Assembly: GCF_006345805.1 (NCBI RefSeq)
Contig: NC_042997.1
Location: forward strand, 138,632,001-138,696,000
Source: Octopus sinensis
Taxonomy: Eukaryota
Length of the DNA: 64,000 nucleotides
Reading direction: 5' to 3'
Under the pieces are notes generated by a model. The model did no database searches. It saw nothing but the letters and a program-made list of their open reading frames with translations, and had not been told where the DNA came from. Both the position numbers and the translations under genes were made by a program. Positions 1-12,257 of the stretch are shown piece by piece. Position 1 is the stretch's first letter. The number at the start of each line of letters is the position of its first letter.

Positions 1-316
1 TCATATGCATACACACATGCACACATATACATACATGCACACAAATACACACACACACACATACATACACACACACATACATACACATACATACATACGT
101 ACAAGCATGCATGCATACATACATACATACACACATACACACATACATATACATAGACACATGCACACATATACATACATGCATACATATACATACATGC
201 ATACATATACATACATGCATACATATACATACATGCACACAAATACACACACATTCATACATACATAAATACATACATACACACACATACATACATAATA
301 CATACATACATACATA
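1..316. repeat. (TACA)n/(CA)n microsatellite
   Basis: Direct tandem TACA/CA units; the ORFs here are repeat translations. Confidence 0.97.
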
Positions 317-904
317 GATGAGACATGACGTTGTAGCTAGGACACTATATAAAGAAATCCGTCGGAAGGATTACTCCGAGGACAAAGAAATAAGAATCCG
401 CAGTATGGCAGAAGCCATAGTTACTCTTAATAAATAGGAATACTGGTAGAATGTCCCAGTGAAAACCTCAATAAAATGTAAACACAACAGACCCGATATA
501 ATGATTTGGGTTAGAGAAGAGAAACAGCGTACAGTTGTGAAAATCAACCGCTCAGCGGATGTTAACAAAGCTGAAGATCAGTGAAAAAGAAAATACTTAT
601 GCTGAATTATTGAAAAAATTTGCAGTTACTCTATCTAGATAGCAAGTTCAGGTTTATACCTGTAATTATTGGGGCACTGGGATATGTAACACACTGCCTA
701 AATACCAATCTTGAGAAATTAGACTTCTCAAAACCAGAAAAGAGAAAGCTGATTCGAAGACTACAGATCCAAGCAATCACTGGAATTATAAAAATCTGTA
801 AAACTTTCGAGAAGTTTATCATTTAAGTATATATGAGCATATCTAGATATGCCACTATATGAATGAGAATACATATATTAAACAAAACATACAAATCTGC
901 ACGT
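317..904 (+). mobile_element. R4/Dong-type non-LTR retrotransposon, 5'-truncated 3' fragment (copy A, REL endonuclease + 3' UTR)
   Basis: Translates RHDVVARTLY...KCKHNRPDIMIW...FIPVIIGALG...ICKTFEKFII* (stop at 826), the RHD/RPD/IGALG motifs of restriction-like endonuclease LINEs; bounded by (TACA)n on both sides. Confidence 0.85.
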
Positions 905-1334
905 ATACATACATACATACATACATACATACATACATACATACATACATACATACATACATACATACATACATACATACATACATGCATACATATATAC
1001 AAAAATACACTGTTGATATTGAAATTCCAATGAAGGAGTCTTGGATCTAGGTTAGAAACCGGATCTTTCTCTATTGGCAAGAAATCTTTAAATAAAACTG
1101 AATAATGACATACATACATGCATACATACATAGTACATACATACAAACATACATACATACATACATACATACATACATACATACAAGCATAATACATACA
1201 TACATACATACATACATACATACATACATACATACATACATACATACATACATACATACATACGTACATACGTACGTACATACAATCATACATACGTACA
1301 TACATACGTACGTACATACATACATACATACATA
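905..1334. repeat. (TACA)n arrays containing a ~108-bp unique module (module B, 1001-1108)
   Basis: Module aaaaatacactgttgat...gaaattccaatgaagg...ttagaaaccgg...aataaaactgaataatga recurs at 3313-3423 and, degenerate, at ~4484-4595 and ~7810-7895. Confidence 0.85.
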
Positions 1335-1568
1335 GGGCACTGGGAAATGTAACACACTGCCTGAATACCAGTCTTGAGAAATTAGGCATCTCAAACCCAG
1401 AAAGGAGAAAACTGATTCGAAGATTGTAGATCTAAGCCATCACTGGAACTGCAAAACTCTGTAAAACTTTCCAGAAGTTTATAACTTAAATATATATGAA
1501 CATGTCTAGATATGCAAGTATATGCACGAGAAGATATACATGAAACAAAACATACAAATCTGAACGTA
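1335..1568 (+). mobile_element. R4/Dong-type LINE, short 3' fragment (copy C, same family as copy A)
   Basis: Aligns by eye to 672-904 (gggcactggga.atgtaacacactgcct...aaacaaaacatacaaatctg.acgta); TACA on both flanks. Confidence 0.88.
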
Positions 1569-1618
1569 TACATACATACATACATACATACATACATACA
1601 TACATACATACATACATA

Positions 1619-3295
1619 AGAAAACATCAACAACGTACACCGCCATACCGGATGGTTAATTATAACAATAAAATGTAAGGAGAAAAATTAGTTTACACCT
1701 CATTAACTCTACCTTAGGCAAAAATGAACGAAACTTTATTGTAACTCTTGACACCAAGCTCTTGAGGGAAGGTTAATCACTTTAAAACATGAACTCAGAA
1801 CGATATGTGAGAAACTTCGCTATCGCATGCGAATTTTTGCACGAGCCAGCATCAATCACAAGTTTGCTTTCGACTCACAAGCATTATACAAAGAGATGAG
1901 GAAGGAAAACATTTCCATTAAGAAAGCTCCCCCGCCCCAACACACAAGAAGGTCCTCAATCATTCTGGTCAAAATTTTGGAACGAAAAGAGGGATTTCAA
2001 CCTGAATGCATCATGGTTAAATACAATTGAGAGAGAGAATAATGTACAAACACTAACAGTAGTTCATACAAAATTGATGCAGAAGCATTCGCTATAGCAG
2101 AAGGCAAACTGCAGAATGGGAAGGCACCTGGAAGGGACCTAATAGTTGGGTAGTGGTACAAGAAGCTCACATTTTATAGAAACCAATTGATATGTATGTT
2201 CAAAAGGAACATACAACAGCAGCAAAAATAAATATATAAATGCAGTGCTGAAAAATGAAGTGAGCAACATTGTATGAGTTGGTAGTGAGCTCCTCAAAAA
2301 GCACTCTCTTCTTGATGATCTATACAGCTCCAAAACAGGTGGGCTATCTTACCTCAGAGAAGACCTGGATGGAAAGAACTCAGCATACAAAAGAAAAAGA
2401 CTATACATAGGTATGTTGCCCGGAAACTCGAAGAAGACAGTAGAATTGACACGAAACGCAGCCTCACTTGGACTCAAGACCACTACATCACATCACATTT
2501 GAAGGCTATGCGTTTGCAATCCCGGAATAGGAAATTGCCACAAAGTACCTGGTGAACCAGAGAGACAGTGACGCTTTTGTAATCCCAAGGTGCAATCGCA
2601 TGTGTAGGCTTTGTCATGTTTCCGTGGGAGACATCACGCATGTGATTAACAGCTATCTTAAAATGTCGTCACGGTACTACCTCCCTATGCGACACGGTGT
2701 TGTTGCTAAAATAATTTACAATGTCATCCGCAAAAAGACTGTCCTGAAATAAACTTAGAAAATCCTTCTGTTAGGGAATACATTCATAAACTCCAACTCA
2801 AAGAATACTGGTGGAATATTTCCATCAAAACTTCTGTCAAATGTAAACATAGCAAGCCGGATATTGTTGTTTGGTACAGAGGGGCAAAGGTATGTACCAT
2901 CATAGAGGTCAGCTGCCCCGCAGATATAAATATCTCTTTGAAAATCAAAGAAAAATAGAATATCTTTAGACAACTACTTCGAAACCTCCAGCTTTAATAT
3001 CCAGACTATGAATTCATATTTATACCAATAATAATTGGAGCACTAGGTTTTGTTAGTAAATGCTTAAAGGAGAATCTGGATGAACTGGGATTTTCAGAAA
3101 GAGAAATCGATCGGCCAGTAGGTGCATTAGAAGTGCAATCTGTGAGCGAAATAGTAAAAATATGCAAGACTTTTCTCAAGTTCCAAATGTGAATTTGTCT
3201 GTGTTAGCTACATCTCAAAGATGGAGCCTTGTATCTTTGTTGGAAACCGGCTCCTTCCTCGGTGGAAGATTTATAATAATTGAAAATAGAAGAGA
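1619..3295 (+). mobile_element. Degraded, internally deleted R4/Dong-type LINE (copy D)
   Basis: CRLCHVSVGDITHVINS...MRHGVVAK zinc-knuckle region (2552-2752), KEYWWN..IKTSVKCKHSKPDIVVW, IEVSCPAD, PIIIGALGF; stop ~3192; 3' UTR ends in (CATA)4. Confidence 0.85.
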
Positions 3296-3312
3296 CATAC
3301 ATACATACATAC

Positions 3313-3423
3313 AAAAATACCCTGTTGATGCTGTTGAAATTCCAATGAAGGAACTTTGGATGTAGGTTAGAAACCGGCTCTTTCTCTTTTGTCTTGAAAT
3401 CTTGAAATAAAACTGAATAATGA
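3313..3423 (+). mobile_element. Second copy of the ~110-bp R4 3'-terminal module (module E)
   Basis: Roughly 80% similar by eye to 1001-1108, with the same start and end points; followed by tatacatacat. Confidence 0.8.
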
Positions 3424-3534
3424 TATACATACATGGATGTTAAAATCTTCTACCATGGTCAATATCTACAGATATTAGTCAAAGCTATAAGTAATAAACA
3501 TATGTATTTTTTTTTATATATAAAGTATCTTTTA

Positions 3535-3924
3535 TGTTTTATTTGCTTCAATCATTAGACTATGTCTATGCTGAGGTACCGCATCGAAGAATTTGTTTTT
3601 AGTCGAATGAATCGACCTCAGTACTTTTTTTGTTAAACGTGGTACTTATTCTATCGGTCTCTTTGCTGAACATTTAAGTTATGGAAACGTAAACACATCA
3701 ACAGTAGTTGTCAAGCAGTTGGGGAGAAACATAGACACAAACACACACACACACATACATATACAGGATGAGCGTCTTTCAATTTCCGTCTACCAAATCC
3801 AATCACAAGGCTTTAGTCGGACCGAGCCTATAGTAGAAGACACTAGCTCAAAGTGCCATGCAGTGAGACTGAACCGGGAACCATGTGGTTGAGAAGTAAG
3901 CTTCTTACCACCCAGCTACACCTA
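3535..3924 (-). mobile_element. tRNA-derived SINE-A (CORE-like head, internal microsatellite), degenerate
   Basis: Reverse complement of the SINE-A copy at 50168-50572 (ggttcagtc.cactgc...ggcactt..gcaagtgtcttctactatag...). Confidence 0.85.
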
Positions 3925-4659
3925 TATATTCATGTACAGGAAAAGAGAAATATATGAAGAGGTTTTTGCGTCTGTCTGTGAGATGCTAGCAATTTTTTCG
4001 TGTTTGAAGTTCACGAAGAATAGCGGCATGTCCTAAAGAATCCGTATAAACCGATCCTTCAACAAGTTCTGGTGGTCTTCCTACTTGGACTAGAGTAGTT
4101 TTAAAGTGAAGGTCAGTCCGCACAATCCGATGCCACTCTTTAGACTTGGAGCTCTGACTATAGTGGCTCAGCGAGCTAAGTTGGCTGCGGTAAGCAGCAA
4201 GCTGTAGGTTTTACATCGGAGTGGTCTTTTCCTAGATGAATTGCCTTGTAGAATTGAAGAGGTTCACCAGCCTTGGATTTGCCGCCGAAGTGCTACTACT
4301 CTGGGTCAGAGAAGACCTGGGAACGATAGAGGCTAAGAGGTGGTTCTACTTTTCTCAAAGCCTTGAAACTCCTGAACAAGGGCCTCACTACCAGATGCAG
4401 TCTAAAGTCATACCCAGGACTTGTCCGTTATATTAGTGCAGTGTTGACAAAAATCCATAAATATGCAATGTATGAAATAAAGCATTGTTGATGTACTAAT
4501 AATTTAAATAGTCAATACATAAATTATAACGAAAGAACTAGCAATCTGCTCTTCGTCTATTGGTAGGAAATTGTAAAAATAAAACCAGAAGAACGCGCTT
4601 GCATGCAAGTACAACTCACAGCAAGAACACGCTTGCGTGCAAGCATACCTATATGCATG

Positions 4660-5100
4660 CATACATACATACATACATACATACATACATACATACATGC
4701 ATACATACATACATAACACAAATACACACATACATGCATGCATATATTCATTCATGCATACTTACATATATATATGTACGCATACATTCAAACATACGTA
4801 CATGCATATATTCATGCATTCATTTATCCATGCATACTCCCATATATACATATACACATACATACCATGCATAAAACCATAATATATACATGGGTGTATA
4901 CATACACACACATATACATACATACATACATACATACATACATACATACATACATACATACACATACACATACATACATACATAATACATTCATTTTACA
5001 TACAAATATCCATCCATCGACCTATCACTCCATCCATCAATCAATCAATACATACATACATACATACATACATACATACATACATACATACATACATACG
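4660..5100. repeat. Degenerate (TACA)n microsatellite field
   Basis: Tandem TACA/TGCA/TCCA units. Confidence 0.92.
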
Positions 5101-5104
5101 TACG

Positions 5105-7060
5105 TACCTCGACCTAACAAAAACCTTAACAAGACTGAAATGAAACTATAGCTACTACACAGAAACGCGGAAGCATGTTTATAAAGAAATAAAAATGAAT
5201 GAACAATACAAACAACCCAAAGGCACAACTCACAGCAAGATTTAAGAAGAACTCTTACATCGACAAATTACAACATGAAAGAATGATTATGGCAGTAATC
5301 GATAGAAAACATATTCACTTAATGTTAACCGTGATCGATCAAGTTGCTAAAGAACGAACACCTTGCATAAACTGCAGCTCCTAGAGTCTTTTTTTTTTTT
5401 TTGGACATTGAATATCGTATTGTTATATGTTGTAGTTACCATCCACTAACAAATAGGAGTCACAGGGATCGATCGAAATAAGAACACGCAACGAAAATAT
5501 ATACTGTTTCTTCTCTAAAAATCATCGATAGACACAGAAAAGAATATCGGCCAATTGAATACTATCATCAGATGTAAAATGAATAATGAATTCACGAACC
5601 ACAAGCTGCTGCGACGTTTTGATTTGCTTTCTAAAATCCACGAGAAATGCCGACAAAGGGAAGTAACGGAAGCTAACTAAATGCCCTTAAGACGAAGTAT
5701 GTGTTGTATGTCGAAAGCTTTGTCATCGTTAGAAATTGCAAGATCTCAGGACTGTCAATCGCAAGTTTGCATAAAACCTACAAAGAGTACGTCGAAATAT
5801 CAAAAGTCATACTATCAAGATTATAAATAACCCTCCTCAGAACGATGTTGAATTATTCTTGCAGAGGGAATCTGGAATGTAAATAAATTGTACAACCGAG
5901 ATGTTATAAGGTTAACTTGGCTAATGAGTGAGCGTTATGTAAATATCTTCCCTAAAACCTATGCCATGACCAGTGAAACTCTCCTTACAGTTGTTTCGAA
6001 ATATCAATGGAAAATTAAAATTACCTGAAAGAGATCTGGTAGTTGGTTTATTGGCGTAAGATCACATTCTACAGGGAAGCTGTCGTTAATATGCCACAGA
6101 AAGATAAAAAAAAAAACACTCAAATGGTTTCAGAACTCGATATGCCAAACTGGTTGAGAGTTGCACAGACAACATTCCTACCTAAGAGTCAGGAGTCATA
6201 CTTGGATAAAAATAAAGGCCCACAGCATGCTTATATGTTGTATATAAACTCGACACAGTTTGCTCGAGTGGGTTTCTTCAAGATCAATGCAGAATAAACA
6301 ACATGATGACTGATGAATAAGTAGGAAGAAAAACTGTTGTCTGATGTAATGCTGAATAGCTCCCCATCAAAACAAAAGAGCTTCCTTATGGGAACGAAAC
6401 AGCTTCTCGAAGTATTCTAACTATATGACTCCACCATAAGGTTTTCCACACTGTCCCTCGCTCATGAATTCTAGACCCACAACACTTTGCTGAGGCTCTA
6501 TTTGCTACAGTCAAGGCCATTAAAATCCTAACAACAAACATGGTACACACATCAATGAAATTTGAAGCTATTACCATAGTCACGAACAGAATTAATTTAT
6601 CGACAGGAATATCCAGAGTCACAATTTGTTAGCAATGTTGTTTCTCTTACCAGTGAACTCCTTGTTAATCTTGCTGAGAAAATGCAAAGGCTGCATGTTA
6701 AGGTTTGCAAAAGAGAGAAGAATTAATGTCACCAACACCTTGTCGATGACATTAAACCAATGCTTCTCAACCATTTTAAACTTGTGGACCCCTTTCATTC
6801 CCATTTTACTCAAATGGACCCTCATAGACATTTGGTGTTTATAATTAAATATTATTGGGTATTGTATAAATAGTTAAAACATTTTGTGTATCGTAGAAGT
6901 ATAACCAACTTATTTCTGATAAACTTTGACTGCAAAATCTTATATGGACCTCCAAAGGCCATATTGATCCCCAGTTGAGAGCCACTGCCTTAAGGCAATA
7001 CTGACGTCACCAAGAAGGAATTAGAGCTTATCACAATTTCCTTGGGGATATATCAGTAGA
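5105..7060 (+). mobile_element. Heavily degraded R4/Dong-type LINE, pre-RT and RT region (copy H)
   Basis: DMPNWLRVAQTTFLPK (6043-6297 ORF), GI.Q...LLFLLPVNSLLILL...RINVT..L.DDIK-like RT motifs ~6600-6756; starts right after (TACA)n; many frameshifts. Confidence 0.6.
6758..6987 (-). mobile_element. hAT/Charlie-type MITE (~230 bp)
   Basis: TIRs caatgcttctcaacc / gttgagagccactg; flanks cattaaac / ccttaagg (decayed 8-bp TSD); its reverse complement matches the MITE at 59007. Confidence 0.75.
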
Positions 7061-7809
7061 GGGTTCATATTTTGTAGTCAATAAGGGGAACATTGTCGGC
7101 CTGTCTATATACGGTTTCCAGTGATGAATGTCTCGGAATGGACGAACATATTGCATATGTTGCTGCTGTGAATAATGATTGATGGATAAAGGAATATTTC
7201 AGCAGGCTTTGGAAGTTATGAGTAGAGCTGTTCGTATTCAAGAAGACCATATCCCATAGTTATTTCAGGGATTCTCTATTTGAGGTTTTCTGAGTGAACA
7301 TATGCATACAACCACATATACTTAGGAAATATATATACAATACGCACACACTTAAAAAAACAGTAATGAAATATACACACGCATGTTCTGTCGTGATACG
7401 CCCTTCCAAAAGTGCAAGTTTATCAACGCGCACACACATGCACACAACATGCATACATCAACCAATTTAGGTAATCCGAAACGTCAAGACTGAAATCAAG
7501 TCTTGACTTAATCAAAAGAACCTTGCCACTTTGTTAGTGACCGACTTGAATTCTGCAAAGAAAAAGCAGTTAAAGTGCATCCCATAGAAAACATAGACTC
7601 ATAGCTTGTTAATGTTGTCATAGTTTGTTAATGTTGTGATATAAACAGCTTGTCGTCAGACACACAAACAACAACAACAACAACAAGAAAAACAAAAACG
7701 TTATGCTTGAAGACAAGGTGTTTTCGTTTGTCTGTAACATAACGTTCGTTAAAATGAATAAATATTCTGTGAAACAAAACACCATTAACGCACCAATAAC
7801 TTACAAGAT

Positions 7810-7936
7810 GTTATCTAAATTCCAATGAAGTATCTTTATTTCTGAGTTAGAAACTTCTTTTCTCTGTTGGTGAGAAATCTGAAAAATAAAACCAGAACAT
7901 ACATACATACATACATACATACATACATACATACAT

Positions 7937-7969
<33 letters not shown>

Positions 7970-7980
7970 GAGATATATAT
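7810..7980 (+). repeat. Degenerate R4 3' module followed by (TACA)n(CA)n(TA)n
   Basis: aaattccaatgaag...gttagaaac...aataaaaccagaa then catacatac. Confidence 0.65.
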
Positions 7981-7983
7981 ATA

Positions 7984-8830
7984 TTAGGCTGTCATACATG
8001 AAATGTCGCATTTTTAATTACTTGTTATTTCCGTCATTTAAAAACTCAATTATGTATAACCTTGCATTTAATCTTGACTCTTTTTCTTCCTAACAATATT
8101 GATATGCAAAATTCGTACCCACAGACCTTATGAAAATGATGACAACCAAACTATGTTGAATGATTTTCTTGTGTGAGTACAAACTGGGTCACTCTACTGC
8201 AGAAGCTCTACGGAATATCAAGCAGACCTTTGGTAATGGATTTGGTGACATCAGAACTGTTCAGAGATGGTTCCACAGATCTCGTTCAGGAGATGATAGC
8301 TTTGAAAATGAACCAAAGGGGAGGCCAAAATCAGTTATTCGGCATGATGGATTAAATGCTTTGGTTGAACAAAATCCGAGAACAACGGTCCGAAAACTTT
8401 CATTAGAATTCCAAGCATCTTGCACAACTCTTTCTCGATACCTCAGAAAAATTACGGAAGTCATGAAAATGGATAGGTTGTTCCCATCAACTGAACGAGA
8501 TTCAAAAGAACAGGCAGTTGCCAGTTAGTTGATTGTATGCATGAGAATTTGCAAAAGAAGCAGCCCAGACTAGTGAATAGAGATGGCCCAATTTTGCTCC
8601 TCGACAATTCACGTCCTCACACTTCACAAGCTACGGTCCAAAAGTTGCAAAGCCTGAATTATGAGATTTTGCAACATCTTCCCTGTTCCTCTGATATTTC
8701 TCCTACTGATTAGCACTTATTTAAACATTTTGAGCTTTTCATACGCAATAAAACCTTCTGAAATAGAGAAGAGGTAATGGAAACATTCCGACCGTTTATC
8801 ACAACAAAAGATGAATTTTTTTTAAAGAAG
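7984..8830 (+). pseudogene. Mariner transposase relic (Hsmar1-like), internally deleted, no 3' TIR seen
   Basis: TA|ttaggctgtcatac TIR-like start; ORF 8160-8528 IFLCEYKLGHSTAEALRNIKQTFG..TVQRWF..GRP HTH; downstream PILLLDNSRPH...PCSSDISPTD*HLFKH (YSPDL-like motif). Confidence 0.9.
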
Positions 8831-10989
8831 GGAGATTTGGCTATTGTTTCTAGCACATCCAAAACCACCCTCCGTTTTCACTCTCACTCGTATTGATGTT
8901 TTCTCAATATGCTTCTCCCATTAAACACATTTATGGAATGATGATGCCGAAGTAACACAAACGTGGTCCGTTGGTGGACTATTAAAGAAAATGTAATTAA
9001 AATTTTTACCCCCACCTCAATCAAGCAAATCCGTGTGTGTGTGTAAGAAAAAAACATTACCACTGTGGATAAATGCCAACAATGACCTTCTCAGGCTCTC
9101 CAATATTTTAATTTATAAACAGAAACACTCGGGGCAGGAAGTGGAGTTGCAAAAAAGTCATAATTTTTGAAACTTTTATTTTTTTATAGCATATAAATGT
9201 ATTTATGGGGAGAAAAATATAGAAAAAACATCAATACATTTATGAGTGAGAAAGAAACGAGGAAGGTTTCTTGGAATGTGCTAGAAACAACTGCCAAATC
9301 TCCCTTAAATCATTCACTTTATCCTCTGAAAATATTAACAATTTTTAAATATTTCTTTTTACCGAAAAGGCTTCTTCCATGATTATGAAGTGCAAAAAAT
9401 ATTGGTCAAAATCAGTGCGGAGTGGGATGATGGAGGGGTGGAGGTATACAAAAAATTAAAAAAATTTTTTTTTCATAAAATGATGTTCATTTCGAAGGCT
9501 ATGGTCTAAAAGAAAAAAAAACGGTGGAAAACCCTGTCAAAACGGAGTAGTTCCAACTTATTTGGTCTTTCTGATTCGAAACTCCGTTTTTCGAAACTCC
9601 TCTCCCCACATCCTTAAAAAAAATTTTCCCCATAAATTTCTTTATAATCGTAATCTATGCCGTTTGAAAGGTATTTGTATAACATTTTACTAAAAGAAAT
9701 CTCTTTTCCTGAAAGTTAAGAGGGTAAGAAGTCAGATTATGTTAATTTTCCGAAATTTCTCTCTCTACCCCAGCGAAAAAATTATTTCCCATAAATCCAT
9801 ATATACTATGAATCCACAGTATCTGAGCAGTATTTGTTGAATGTTTCGTTAAAAAGTATCCATTTTTCTGGAAGTTATGAGGCAACAAAGTCGGTGGTGG
9901 GGTACACATCAGTACTTATGCAGAAACATAATGGGAAAATACTTTGAAAGTAAGGTATCCCTGAAATGTGAATACAAAGGGATTAAAACAAGTTTCGCGT
10001 AAATCGGACCACGGATTCCCGAGACGTGCGGTTTTTTTGGGCACCTTCATAAATAGCCAAAACCGTGCATAATGGGGAAACAACTCCGAAAGTAACATAG
10101 CCCTGAAATGGGAGACTTGTTTCCATTAATTTTATGCTTACGTTATATAACAAATTCTTTTGCATTTTTGTAGAAGTGTGCACATATATCATAAATAAAT
10201 GCTGTTACTGGAGTTCAAGTTTATCCTGGAAGTTCTATTTCTTTTAGATGCTGTAAATAATCAATTAAACCTTAAACATCAGCTTGTAAACCAGATCTAT
10301 GATGACTTGTAATCCAGACCTATGATGACACGAACGAATTGAAATAGTTAACTGAATCCTAAAATTAACTTTCATTTCAATGCAATGTTGAAATCAGCGT
10401 CAATGTTTTATAGCTTGAACCGTCAGTGACCCAACGGGTCACGGGTAGTCTAACAATAGCATAAAATCTTTCAATTCCATTCACATAAACTTACATTTTT
10501 CGTTGCCAAAAAACACTCATTTTTGTGAGACTACAATACTTAATGTATACCTATTTCTAGTTTCTTGTGATTTGGAATTTTGGGTTATATTTTTACTTTT
10601 AATTCCAAACTGAGGAGCCCAAGTGAAAAAAAAAAAAACGTGCGGCAATATTAGAGTGAGAAGAAATCTGTTTGTTTTGTCAATTTTAAAGATAAATGTT
10701 TGTCTGTTGTGGAAGAATTATTGTTGCAGTATAGCCCCATCAAAGAAAACAGAAAAAGAAAAACAAGAAAGAGAGAAAAAATGGAAAGCCACGTCGAACG
10801 TAATTTCCCGTCTAATCACACACATCTTTTACCAATGGCCACCCACTTAAATCAGAAATAAAATGTTCGAAAATAAATCAACGTAAATGAAGTCTATGTA
10901 TCCTGCAGTTGGTTTTTACTAGAAACGTGGTTAAGCCTAAAAATGCAACCATTGCTGTTTTTCGAAATTTCTTACTCACTCACAAAAAA

Positions 10990-12050
10990 ATAAAAGAAAA
11001 GAAAAATTCCACGATGGTGAGTTGTTAGAAGAAGCATTTCTGTGCAGTAATGACAGCTTATTTAACGGATTTTCTAACTCACAAGATTATGTCAGTATTA
11101 CACGACTTACAGTTATCTGACTATTGCAAGAATATATGCAATTTCAGCTGATATGCAAATTCAGCTAAAACAAAAACAAAAACAAAATGATTTGGTGATA
11201 TGTGACTGATTCTCACTTGTTTGACGAGTCAACAGATCTATCAGACATCGATAATAGTTATGGTAAGAATGGTAGTTAGTGCCTTCACTACAAAAGAGTC
11301 ACTGAAGATATTATTTATGGAAGAGTAAAAATCAGGTGAAGACATTTATAATAGTCACACTACATGCAACATCGATAGATAAGATTCTACACAAGCTATA
11401 TCGGATCACGCACAATTGATGGGCCACCAGCAATGGCAGGTAGTATAAAAAATGTACTGCTTTTTGAGAAAACGATGAATTCGTTCATATTTTTGTCTGA
11501 ACATTGTTATAAAAATAATCATCTTTGCAACATCAGCTTTTCAAGCCCTGACTAGAAGATACTAAAGAAAAATAACCAGATCTCAGTACATATAGAAATG
11601 CAATGGCCCAGTAAAGGTAAAATTCTTATAAAATCCAAAATCACAACTATTGATCAACCATGTAGCTTTTGTTGGATTTGAGCTTTCTTACACACATCAC
11701 TTTCTTACACACATCACAAATTGAAGGAATTCAATTTGGAGCTCTGGGGAAGAATAAGTATGAAGCTTTAATGACGTGCTTCACAAAATAATTGAAAGCA
11801 AAACTAGATTTGTGAAATTTTTTTCTTTCAGCTGAATAGGAAGTCTCCTGTGTATTTTCCAAATATAAAGAAGATGATATCTGATAATGACTTATCTGAA
11901 GAAAATGGTATCTGATAATGACTTGTATAAACAAATTGATATGTGATAATGAATCAGTGACAGTTTGAAATAATTATTTGAAAGTTTACCTATCATGGAG
12001 CTGATGATCACCAATTTTATAAATATGCCATACTTCACTTGTGCACATCG
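10990..12050 (+). pseudogene. hAT transposase relic (SPIN/Charlie/GTF2IRD2-like)
   Basis: Frameshifted motifs GELLEEAFL, ISADMQIQLK, FDESTDLSDI, IDGPPAMAG, EMQWPSKGKIL, LDLSFLTHIT. Confidence 0.75.
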
Positions 12051-12257
12051 TAAAAAAGCCAGGACTGCAGTGTTCGTCTGGAAAAAAGATGGGACGAACA
12101 CTGGACCTACTTAAGTATGTGATATAAATAAAGATCTTAATCTAGAGCTGCTTCTGTTGCATAATTTGAATCACATTTTTGTCTCATAAATCATTTTGCA
12201 TGTTACATAAATGTAACAGATGTAGTTGCATCGACCAGAAAATCTTACTCAAATAAC

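Noticed and set aside
4010-4440. GC-richer unique stretch, possibly an RTE-type 5' UTR
   Set aside because: Only a vague resemblance from memory; no protein motif or second copy in the window.
1-5151. Many ORFs rich in MYVC/HTYI
   Set aside because: Translations of TACA/TATG microsatellites; no stop codons arise in these repeats. The same applies to the YIYI ORFs at 16, 23, 52 and 57 kb.
7483-7507. Perfect 9-bp hairpin gtcaagact-gaaatca-agtcttgac preceded by ccgaaac
   Set aside because: Could be a Penelope-end remnant, but there is no CUGAUGA core or other support.
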